A stretch of DNA of 64,000 nucleotides from an uncultured Pseudomonadota bacterium (GTDB taxonomy: Bacteria; Pseudomonadota; Alphaproteobacteria; JACZXZ01). Positions within the stretch are counted from its first letter, which is position 1. Each line of letters starts with the position of its first letter. The position numbers and the translations under genes were made by a program. The stretch is from positions 1 through 64,000 of the forward strand of contig CAVVLJ010000016.1 of assembly GCA_963749075.1 (NCBI GenBank), read 5' to 3'. The notes under the pieces were generated by a model. That model had not been told where the DNA came from, ran no database searches, and worked only from the letters and a program-made list of their open reading frames with translations. Below, one piece after another: positions 9,414 through 20,700 of the stretch.

Positions 9414-11153
9414 CCTCCGATAACCAACTCGAATTCAACCTTCCCGCTCCGCCGATCAACAGCGATACCCCGCTCATTCCGGCGCGGATGGTGAACGAGT
9501 TCGTCTATTGCCCCAGGCTTGCCTATCTCATGTGGACGCAGGGCGAGTGGGCGGAGACGGGCGACACGGTCGAAGGCAATCGCGTTCATGCGCGCGTCGA
9601 CAAGCCCAGCGCACCGCTTCCGGCGCCGCAGATGCTGGAGACGGGCGAAGCGCTGGCGAGCGAAAAGGTCGTCAGCCGGTCGCTGACGCTCTCCTCCACC
9701 ACCTTGGGGGTCATCGCCAAGCTCGACATTGCCGAAGCAGACGATGGCGTTGTGACGCCCGTCGATTACAAGCGGGGCAAGCGTCCGCATATCGCGCAAG
9801 GCGTCTACGAGCCGGAACGCATCCAGATCTGCCTCCAGGCGCTGCTGCTCGAGGAGCATGGCTATCGCGTCGAGGAAGGGGCCATCTATTACGCCGACAG
9901 CCGGGAGCGTGTGCGCATTGCGCTGGACGACGGCTTGCGCACCGCAGCGCGCACCGCCGTCAGTGAGCTGCGATTGACGGTCTCACAAAGCCGCATCCCG
10001 CCGCCACTCAAGGACAGTCCGAAATGCCCGCGCTGCGCGCTCGTGACGGTCTGTCTTCCGGACGAGGTTCGCTCTCTGTCGGGCTCGTCGCTTGCGCCCC
10101 GGACGATCGCCGTTCCGCCTGACGAGGCGCTGCCGCTCATCGTGCAATCCCAGCATGCCCGGATCGGCAAGGAAGGCGAGACTCTCAAGATCACCGACGA
10201 GGAGAAGGGCGAAGTCCCAGGTGCGCTTCATTGACATTTCGGATGTCGCGCTGTTCGGCAATGTATCGATCACCACGCCGGCGCTCGCGGCGCTGCTCGA
10301 GCGCGAGATTCCGGTGACCTTTCACAGCCACAGTGGCTGGTTTCGCGGTGTTGCCCACGGCATTGGCCATCGGAATGTCGAGATCCGCACGGCGCAATAC
10401 CGCCTGAGCTTCGACGAGGCCGCGTGCCTGCGTTTCGCCAAGGAACTGGTCGCGGCGAAGATCACGAACCAACGGACAATCCTGCGCCGGAATTGGCGCG
10501 GACCGCCGGAGGAGCGGCAGGCAGCGCTCGACCGGCTTGGGGCCGCGCGCAAATCCGCGGATGGCGTGGCGACACTGGCGCAGCTGCTCGGCGTCGAAGG
10601 AGACGCGGCCGCCGTTTATTTCCGTGCCTTCGCGGGTCTGTTGAAGTCGCCTGAGGACAAGCAAGGCGCCGGCGAACTGGCGCCATTCCGTTTCGAGGCG
10701 CGCAATCGTCGTCCGCCGACCGATCCGGTCAACGCCATGCTGTCGCTTGCTTATGCGATGCTGACCCGACATTTGACGATCGCGTTGGCATCGGTAGGGC
10801 TCGATCCCTACCGGGGTTTTTATCATGCACCGCGCTATGGCCGCCCGGCGCTGGCGCTCGACCTCATGGAGCCGTTCCGCGCGATTATTGCCAATTCCGT
10901 CGTGCTGTCGGCGGTCAATACCGGCGAGGTCGCGCCGAACGATTTCGTCGTGGCGATCACGGGTACGGCACTGACGCAAGCAGGGCGCCGCCGCTTTGTC
11001 GAGGCGTTCGAGCGTCGCCTCTCCCAGGAGACGACGCATCCTGTCTTCGGCTATCAGGTGAGCATGCGCCGCATGCTGCTGGTTCAGACGCGGTTGCTGT
11101 CCCGGTTTCTTTTGGGAGAGTTGCCGACCTATCCTCACTATTTGCCGCGGTGA
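9410..11153 (+). CDS. cas1: Cas4-Cas1 fusion; 1-bp frameshift at ~10214-10218
   Basis: Cas4 part: YCPR, PVDYKRG, Q..Q...L, CPRC.L..VC. Cas1 part in the adjacent frame: DVALFGN, GVEG.AA..YF, RNRRPPTDPVNAMLS, GFYH, LALDLMEPFR. Removing one base at GAA GTCCCAG joins the two frames. Confidence 0.92.
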
Positions 11154-11164
11154 GCACCCGCCCC

Positions 11165-11458
11165 ATGGCCGACGAACGCCTCTTCATCGTGACTTACGAC
11201 ATCTCCGACCAAAAGCGCTGGCGGCGCGTGTTCAAAGCCATGCATGGGTATGGCGAATGGATACAGCTTTCCGTTTTCCAGTGTCGTCTCTCGCAGCGGC
11301 GCCGCGCCGAGCTCGAGACGCAATTGCGTGAACTGGTGAAGAATGGCGAGGACCACGTCCTTCTGATTGATGTCGGACCGGCAGACAAAATCGAGCTGGC
11401 CATGGAGAGCATCGGCAAAACGTTCTCGAAAATGGAACGCCGAGCTACTGTCATATAG
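11165..11458 (+). CDS. cas2: Cas2
   Basis: IVTYDISD.KRWRRVFK.M.GYGEW.QLSVFQC; alternative GTG start at 11150. Confidence 0.95.
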   Translation: MADERLFIVTYDISDQKRWRRVFKAMHGYGEWIQLSVFQCRLSQRRRAELETQLRELVKNGEDHVLLIDVGPADKIELAMESIGKTFSKMERRATVI

Positions 11459-11714
11459 TAAGATTGCGTGTTTCTGGATAAGGAGGCCGGCCCTGGTTAA
11501 GCGTGTTTCGTATCCGCCGGACGCTTTCGAGCGGCGATGTGCCGCGCGAAACCCCGCACCCGCTCGAATCTCGGTATATTGTTGGAATCGCGAAGCTCTT
11601 TGACATGGTCAATACGATGGCGTGTAGAATTTGGCAGGTTTCGCCCATCGTCGTGGGCCACCGGTCGAAAACGCAGCAAGATTGCCTTGGTATCCAAGGG
11701 CTTGTAGGGTGGCT
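11459..11714 (+). promoter_or_regulatory. CRISPR leader
   Basis: Non-coding gap between cas2 and repeat 1, with inverted repeat TTCGAGCGG (11526) / CCGCTCGAA (11560) and AT-richer tracts. Confidence 0.8.
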
Positions 11715-14700
11715 GCATCCGAGGCGCGCGCGCCTCGGCCTCATTGAAGCGTGCCGCGCTCGGCCGATCGCTCGAGCGCTGGTCAGCGCATCCGAGGCGC
11801 GCGCGCCTCGGCCTCATTGAAGCGTGCGCGTCGAGCTCGCGCGGTCACGGACGAGCGGCCGGCATCCGAGGCGCGCGCGCCTCGGCCTCATTGAAGCGCG
11901 TCAGCACGTCGCGGCTGCGTCGCACGATCGCGCAGCGGCATCCGAGGCGCGCGCGCCTCGGCCTCATTGAAGCGCGTCTGATCGATGCACGCAGTGATCG
12001 GCACGACGCCGCATCCGAGGCGCGCGCGCCTCGGCCTCATTGAAGCGCGTGCAGCGTGCGCGCGCGACGTCGGCGCATGCATCGCGGCATCCGAGGCGCG
12101 CGCGCCTCGGCCTCATTGAAGCGCGTCGGCGGTCACTGCCGGCGTCGGCGCCGACGACTGCGGCATCCGAGGCGCGCGCGCCTCGGCCTCATTGAAGCTC
12201 GCGCGTCCGCGCGCACGACCGTGACGCCGGCGCACGGCATCCGAGGCGCGCGCGCCTCGGCCTCATTGAAGCGCTGACACGCGGCAATCGCTGCGCACGC
12301 GATCGCCACGGCATCCGAGGCGCGCGCGCCTCGGCCTCATTGAAGCGCGGCGTTCGAGGCTCGGCGCATGACCGGCCAGCTCGCGCATCCGAGGCGCGCG
12401 CGCCTCGGCCTCATTGAAGCGCGAGCGCGAGCTGCGCTCGGCACTCGAGGCGCGCCTGGCATCCGAGGCGCGCGCGCCTCGGCCTCATTGAAGCCGCGCC
12501 GGCGATGCCGTCGCCGCGACGGTCGATGGTCCGGCATCCGAGGCGCGCGCGCCTCGGCCTCATTGAAGCGTCGCAAGCTCGCGCATGCCAGCGCCGCGAC
12601 GTACTCGCGCATCCGAGGCGCGCGCGCCTCGGCCTCATTGAAGCGCGCGCCGACGTGATCTCGTCGCAGCCGCCACGGTTCCGAGGCATCCGAGGCGCGC
12701 GCGCCTCGGCCTCATTGAAGCGGTGCGAGTCGAGCGTGCGCAGTCGTCGAGCGCACGCGCATCCGAGGCGCGCGCGCCTCGGCCTCATTGAAGCGCGTCG
12801 CAACGCTGCGCGCGATCGACGCGACGCCGTGCGATGCATCCGAGGCGCGCGCGCCTCGGCCTCATTGAAGCGCGAACGCTGCGAGCCGCGATGGCGCTGC
12901 CTCGAGCGCGCATCCGAGGCGCGCGCGCCTCGGCCTCATTGAAGCGCGACGCGACGCGTGCGCACGACGCGGCGGAAGCGCGCGCATCCGAGGCGCGCGC
13001 GCCTCGGCCTCATTGAAGCGACCAGCCGTGCGATCGGCTGGTCGACGCCTGCGCACGTGCATCCGAGGCGCGCGCGCCTCGGCCTCATTGAAGCGCGAGT
13101 CGGCCGCGACAGCGTGCAGCACGCGCGATCGCGGCATCCGAGGCGCGCGCGCCTCGGCCTCATTGAAGCGTCGAGACTCGGCGCCGGTGATCGCGGCACG
13201 CGACGCGGCATCCGAGGCGCGCGCGCCTCGGCCTCATTGAAGCGTCTCCAGCGCTCGCACGCTCCGGCGTACGGTCGGCACGCGCATCCGAGGCGCGCGC
13301 GCCTCGGCCTCATTGAAGCCGGCTGCGCCGATCGTCGAGCGTCGGCCGGCGATGCGCGCATCCGAGGCGCGCGCGCCTCGGCCTCATTGAAGCGTGGCAA
13401 GGCGCAGCGTCGTGTCGCGGCTGACGTGCATCGGCATCCGAGGCGCGCGCGCCTCGGCCTCATTGAAGCCGGCATGGCCGTTCGTCGATGGCGCTGACGC
13501 TGAGCCGGCATCCGAGGCGCGCGCGCCTCGGCCTCATTGAAGCCGGCGGCAGGTCGCGCGACTGTCCGCGCGGCGTGACCGGCATCCGAGGCGCGCGCGC
13601 CTCGGCCTCATTGAAGCGCCGTCGCAGCGCGTGCGATACTCGAGGCTGCGCATCCGCATCCGAGGCGCGCGCGCCTCGGCCTCATTGAAGCCTGCAGTAC
13701 CCGGCGACCGTCAGTCGCGAGCGACTGCGCATCCGAGGCGCGCGCGCCTCGGCCTCATTGAAGCCGACCGGCTCGGTCTCGAACGGTGGTGGCTCATGCG
13801 AGCATCCGAGGCGCGCGCGCCTCGGCCTCATTGAAGCACGCGGACCCCGCCAGGCGGCATGCGGCATCCGTGCGCATCCGAGGCGCGCGCGCCTCGGCCT
13901 CATTGAAGCCGCGAGGTCCGCTACGGTCCTCGAACGGCGATGCCGCGAGCATCCGAGGCGCGCGCGCCTCGGCCTCATTGAAGCGGGTGGGGATGCACGA
14001 CTGGACGGAACGCAGCTTCCAGGCATCCGAGGCGCGCGCGCCTCGGCCTCATTGAAGCCCCCACAAGTCGGTGAAGGTGCCCCCGTCGTCGGCGGTGCAT
14101 CCGAGGCGCGCGCGCCTCGGCCTCATTGAAGCGAGAACGTCGGGGATCATGGCTCAGTCCTCCCCGTGCATCCGAGGCGCGCGCGCCTCGGCCTCATTGA
14201 AGCGAGGGCATCGCGCACGCCGTCGGCAGCGCCTGGCACGCATCCGAGGCGCGCGCGCCTCGGCCTCATTGAAGCTTAACCTCGCGGTAAAAGCCCTCGG
14301 ACTGCCGGTGGGCATCCGAGGCGCGCGCGCCTCGGCCTCATTGAAGCGCCGCGGTCGGTCGCCTCGTAGCGGGGCTCCGGAAGCATCCGAGGCGCGCGCG
14401 CCTCGGCCTCATTGAAGCTCGGGCAGTTCGTCCGTCGTGACGGCGGAGACCATCGGCATCCGAGGCGCGCGCGCCTCGGCCTCATTGAAGCCCACGGGCT
14501 CAGGCAAGGTCGTCAACGCCCGCGTTGGCATCCGAGGCGCGCGCGCCTCGGCCTCATTGAAGCGAGTATGCGCGCCTCGTCGAGGGCATCAGGCCGCGCG
14601 GCATCCGAGGCGCGCGCGCCTCGGCCTCATTGAAGCATATGCTGCGCAGACAACGCTCCGAACACCCCGAAGTGCATCCGAGGCGCGCGCGCCTCGGCCT

Positions 14701-17700
14701 CATTGAAGCGGCCTGCTGGTCACGCAGCGCTTTCGGCAACGAGCGGGCATCCGAGGCGCGCGCGCCTCGGCCTCATTGAAGCCCGTGCGCGAGCGCCTCG
14801 TCCCACTCGCGCTGCGTGCATCCGAGGCGCGCGCGCCTCGGCCTCATTGAAGCGGGGATCCGCTTGACCGGGGGCAGCGGTTTCGGGAATGCATCCGAGG
14901 CGCGCGCGCCTCGGCCTCATTGAAGCACCTCGCAGTCGCGGTCGTGGACCGTGACCTCGGTGTTGCGCATCCGAGGCGCGCGCGCCTCGGCCTCATTGAA
15001 GCAAGGTGGGGGCGCCGGTCGTGGCATAGCCGATGCCGGCATCCGAGGCGCGCGCGCCTCGGCCTCATTGAAGCGACAATACTGCGGCAGCCCCCATAGC
15101 CCCCATGTAGCATCCGAGGCGCGCGCGCCTCGGCCTCATTGAAGCTTTTTCTGCAGGCCTGGGCGCCGAGCCATGAAACGGCATCCGAGGCGCGCGCGCC
15201 TCGGCCTCATTGAAGCAAGTCCTCGGTGTCCTTGTTGACGACCATCGCGCCCTTGCATCCGAGGCGCGCGCGCCTCGGCCTCATTGAAGCGGCTCCGCGC
15301 ACGACGCGAGGCGGAAGCTCCCGAAACGCATCCGAGGCGCGCGCGCCTCGGCCTCATTGAAGCGGGGTCCTCGCGCTCGCCGATGGCATGACCGAGCAGG
15401 CATCCGAGGCGCGCGCGCCTCGGCCTCATTGAAGCGTGGTGGATGCTATCAGTGCCTGCATGGCACTGATGAGCATCCGAGGCGCGCGCGCCTCGGCCTC
15501 ATTGAAGCTGTTCCTGGGCGCAAAAGAAGTGACAGCATGGTGGCGCATCCGAGGCGCGCGCGCCTCGGCCTCATTGAAGCCGCCTCCCCGTGCCCAGGGG
15601 TGCGAGCAGAAGTGTGACCGCATCCGAGGCGCGCGCGCCTCGGCCTCATTGAAGCTATCTGTTCAAGACCGGCTACATGTCGGGGTCCGCCGGCATCCGA
15701 GGCGCGCGCGCCTCGGCCTCATTGAAGCGACATCGTCGACCGCGCGGTCAGGCAGTTCTCCATGCATCCGAGGCGCGCGCGCCTCGGCCTCATTGAAGCG
15801 GCGCAGGCAGGATGGGCTACGGAGGGCGGGGAGAGCATCCGAGGCGCGCGCGCCTCGGCCTCATTGAAGCCCGCGTTCCAGCCACGAACCTCGCAACCGG
15901 CGTAGAGGCATCCGAGGCGCGCGCGCCTCGGCCTCATTGAAGCCGATAGTTAGCAATACAGTTGCCGCTTTGCAGCGACGGCGCATCCGAGGCGCGCGCG
16001 CCTCGGCCTCATTGAAGCCGGCCAAAAGCGGCACGGCTCAGAGCACCATTGTTGCCGCATCCGAGGCGCGCGCGCCTCGGCCTCATTGAAGCGTGCTCTC
16101 GCGAAAGACGCAGCCGCCGTCCGGCACGCACGCATCCGAGGCGCGCGCGCCTCGGCCTCATTGAAGCGACGCCGGTGCCGCTGCTCTTGAGCGCGAGCGG
16201 GAGCGGCATCCGAGGCGCGCGCGCCTCGGCCTCATTGAAGCAGGACGAAGGCGGCCTGCGCTTGCGGCGCGTAGCTCACGCATCCGAGGCGCGCGCGCCT
16301 CGGCCTCATTGAAGCCCCGTGCGCGCGAGGTGGCAGTCGGGCATCGCCAGCAGGCATCCGAGGCGCGCGCGCCTCGGCCTCATTGAAGCACGTTGGTGAG
16401 CTGCACGGCGTCCATGCCGTAGGCGAGCATCCGAGGCGCGCGCGCCTCGGCCTCATTGAAGCAGCGCCATCGCCGTATAGCCGTCGATCGTCTTGCCGGC
16501 ATCCGAGGCGCGCGCGCCTCGGCCTCATTGAAGCGCGCACGGCTCCCTCGTTCTGCGATACGCTGACGTTTGCATCCGAGGCGCGCGCGCCTCGGCCTCA
16601 TTGAAGCCCGTGGGGCGACGCGGGCGGGACGCCGCACAGCTTGCATCCGAGGCGCGCGCGCCTCGGCCTCATTGAAGCACCCACTTGGCGAAGAACTCCG
16701 CGTCGACCCCGTGCGCATCCGAGGCGCGCGCGCCTCGGCCTCATTGAAGCAGCTCTCGACCAGCATCCTACTTCATCTTAGGGCCGCATCCGAGGCGCGC
16801 GCGCCTCGGCCTCATTGAAGCCATCTCGTCCGGGCCGGCCACGGGCCCGGCGCCGCGAAGCATCCGAGGCGCGCGCGCCTCGGCCTCATTGAAGCTCGTC
16901 CTCCGTCCTCGGGAGCGCTCGCCATGGCCAAGGCATCCGAGGCGCGCGCGCCTCGGCCTCATTGAAGCGCCGAGGTCTTGGACGTGCCTGTCTCGTTTTT
17001 CTTCGCATCCGAGGCGCGCGCGCCTCGGCCTCATTGAAGCGTGATCTGCCGAGACTTGAAGTCGGTCAGCAGTCCTGCATCCGAGGCGCGCGCGCCTCGG
17101 CCTCATTGAAGCCAAGCGGCGATCCCAACCGCCAGCAGCGCCAAGGCCGCATCCGAGGCGCGCGCGCCTCGGCCTCATTGAAGCCGCACCGTCTATCCCT
17201 TCCACGCCGACGCCATCTTCCGCATCCGAGGCGCGCGCGCCTCGGCCTCATTGAAGCCGGGGCTAAGGAATGGTCACGGGCTGCGCCGGGGGGCATCCGA
17301 GGCGCGCGCGCCTCGGCCTCATTGAAGCCCGGGTCCCCGCTACATCCCGAACAGCGGCAAGCGTTGCATCCGAGGCGCGCGCGCCTCGGCCTCATTGAAG
17401 CTTCAGCACCGCGGGGCGTTGGGTGATGAGCCAGGGGGCATCCGAGGCGCGCGCGCCTCGGCCTCATTGAAGCTCTTTGAAGACCCTCGTTTTGAGTGCG
17501 CCGCACCAACTGGCATCCGAGGCGCGCGCGCCTCGGCCTCATTGAAGCCCCACCAGCACGCGCAAGGGCTCGAGCCGCGGGTGGGCATCCGAGGCGCGCG
17601 CGCCTCGGCCTCATTGAAGCCGACGGGGAGCGCATGACCATGGCGCGCTTCGACCGGCATCCGAGGCGCGCGCGCCTCGGCCTCATTGAAGCCCGCTGCC

Positions 17701-20700
17701 CGAGCTCGGCGCCGCCGGCGCCGGCGAGAAGCATCCGAGGCGCGCGCGCCTCGGCCTCATTGAAGCGCGTTCATGATGTTGGCCGCATCGTCCAAGATGG
17801 TGCATCCGAGGCGCGCGCGCCTCGGCCTCATTGAAGCCTCGGAGGGCGCGGCGCTCGATCACCCCACCTCCCTGACGCATCCGAGGCGCGCGCGCCTCGG
17901 CCTCATTGAAGCTGTGACCCAGATGCCGTCCTCGGCGCCTACTGGGAGCTAGGCATCCGAGGCGCGCGCGCCTCGGCCTCATTGAAGCGCGCAGTGCGGG
18001 CACGGGTGGGTCTTCACGTCCTCCGGGGCATCCGAGGCGCGCGCGCCTCGGCCTCATTGAAGCGGTCGCGGGCTCCGCGTGGGCTGCCATCGGCGTTACG
18101 GCATCCGAGGCGCGCGCGCCTCGGCCTCATTGAAGCTCGGAGGACTTGTGATGCCCCAGCCCACGGCGCTCAGGCATCCGAGGCGCGCGCGCCTCGGCCT
18201 CATTGAAGCTCGCCCAAGCCACAGAACCAGCCAGTATTGCCATCGACGCATCCGAGGCGCGCGCGCCTCGGCCTCATTGAAGCGCCGGCGAGGAAGCCAA
18301 GGCCATCCATCCCGAGCATCCGCATCCGAGGCGCGCGCGCCTCGGCCTCATTGAAGCAACGCGATATCCGCCTTGAACGTGTCGGGACTGTAAAAAGCAT
18401 CCGAGGCGCGCGCGCCTCGGCCTCATTGAAGCTACGGCTAGGGGCCTGCCCGTCCCAGCTCCATGAGTTGCATCCGAGGCGCGCGCGCCTCGGCCTCATT
18501 GAAGCTAGCCAACCGCCATCTGTGCCAATTGCGGCTTCACGTGCATCCGAGGCGCGCGCGCCTCGGCCTCATTGAAGCCACGCCAGGCTCGGCTCTCACC
18601 GCTCTGCCCGGAGCGCATCCGAGGCGCGCGCGCCTCGGCCTCATTGAAGCGTGCCGCCCGGCGTCGTCTCGACAAGAGGCATCGGTGCATCCGAGGCGCG
18701 CGCGCCTCGGCCTCATTGAAGCGAGTGCGCCGCAGCAACTGCAGGTGCCGATCTTCTGAGCATCCGAGGCGCGCGCGCCTCGGCCTCATTGAAGCGGGGG
18801 GTACCCCCCCCCGGGGGGGGCGTCGGCGGCGCGGCATCCGAGGCGCGCGCGCCTCGGCCTCATTGAAGCAACGAGAACAAGGGAGTTGCGGCATGAGCTG
18901 CTCGCGCATCCGAGGCGCGCGCGCCTCGGCCTCATTGAAGCGGCGGCAGCTCGGCGAAGCTCGTGATACCGACGAGGACGCATCCGAGGCGCGCGCGCCT
19001 CGGCCTCATTGAAGCGCCTTGAAGGTCTGGTTCGCCACCATGCTCGCCACCGCGCATCCGAGGCGCGCGCGCCTCGGCCTCATTGAAGCTCCTCAGCCTG
19101 TGCTTTCGCGCGGTTCTGACGCTTTGCATCCGAGGCGCGCGCGCCTCGGCCTCATTGAAGCTTGCAATCTGCCGTTGAGTTGCTGTCTCCTGGATCGCAT
19201 CCGAGGCGCGCGCGCCTCGGCCTCATTGAAGCTATATAGAGCGAGACGGCGGCGACCTTCTGCTGGCTCGGCATCCGAGGCGCGCGCGCCTCGGCCTCAT
19301 TGAAGCTGGCTGTAGACGCGCTGCCGGATGATCCCGACGTTTGGGCATCCGAGGCGCGCGCGCCTCGGCCTCATTGAAGCTGATTGGGAGACGCCATGCA
19401 TCGCGTGATGGTCTACGCATCCGAGGCGCGCGCGCCTCGGCCTCATTGAAGCGATGTCGTTTCGCCACCAGGCGCGGAAGGCCATGAGCGCATCCGAGGC
19501 GCGCGCGCCTCGGCCTCATTGAAGCGGAGCGGTCCAGCAATTCCTCGGGCGGCGCCGGCAGCATCCGAGGCGCGCGCGCCTCGGCCTCATTGAAGCCCCA
19601 ACCACGGGCTCCTCGCCATCGTCGAGCAGGCCGGCATCCGAGGCGCGCGCGCCTCGGCCTCATTGAAGCACGCCCAGGGCGACGATGCCAGCGCTGATGG
19701 TGGCGGCATCCGAGGCGCGCGCGCCTCGGCCTCATTGAAGCTAGATCCCGAGCTTGTCGTGGCGCCCGGCCGCCCCACGCATCCGAGGCGCGCGCGCCTC
19801 GGCCTCATTGAAGCGCGGGAGGCTGAGCCGTGGTCGACGTCTACCACTATGCATCCGAGGCGCGCGCGCCTCGGCCTCATTGAAGCACGGATTGGTGGGC
19901 GCTTCTGAATGCCGAGCTTGTTGCATCCGAGGCGCGCGCGCCTCGGCCTCATTGAAGCGAGCGCCTTCGCGACCGACCAAGCGAAGTCGCCGCCCGGCAT
20001 CCGAGGCGCGCGCGCCTCGGCCTCATTGAAGCACCTGCTCATCGAGCGTCGTCTTGGCGCCGGCGTGGGCATCCGAGGCGCGCGCGCCTCGGCCTCATTG
20101 AAGCTTCGACTCATTCGTGACCCACGTCGATGTCGAGAAGGCATCCGAGGCGCGCGCGCCTCGGCCTCATTGAAGCGACAGCGCGGGCGCCGCCGGTGTC
20201 ACGACGCAGGCCCGCATCCGAGGCGCGCGCGCCTCGGCCTCATTGAAGCGCCGGTCGAGACGGTGACGACGGTCGCGGCGGGAGCGGGCATCCGAGGCGC
20301 GCGCGCCTCGGCCTCATTGAAGCGGATCATCCGCGGCTGGCTCAAGGCCGAGAAGAGGGGGCATCCGAGGCGCGCGCGCCTCGGCCTCATTGAAGCCGAT
20401 CGGGCCACGCCTTGTTGCCATCCTGCGGCGTTGGAGCATCCGAGGCGCGCGCGCCTCGGCCTCATTGAAGCGCCGTGATCGTGACGCTGCCGTGGACCGC
20501 CGTCAGGCTGCATCCGAGGCGCGCGCGCCTCGGCCTCATTGAAGCGCCGCGGCTTCCTCATGTCGATCAACGGGAAGACCTCGGGCGCATCCGAGGCGCG
20601 CGCGCCTCGGCCTCATTGAAGCACGGGTATGAGGATACTGCATAATATGTGCCCAGCAAGGCATCCGAGGCGCGCGCGCCTCGGCCTCATTGAAGCCTCC

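Noticed and set aside
10893-10895. Cas1 IAN instead of the commoner IAD after DLMEPFR
   Set aside because: The main E/H/E catalytic positions appear intact; significance cannot be judged without an alignment.
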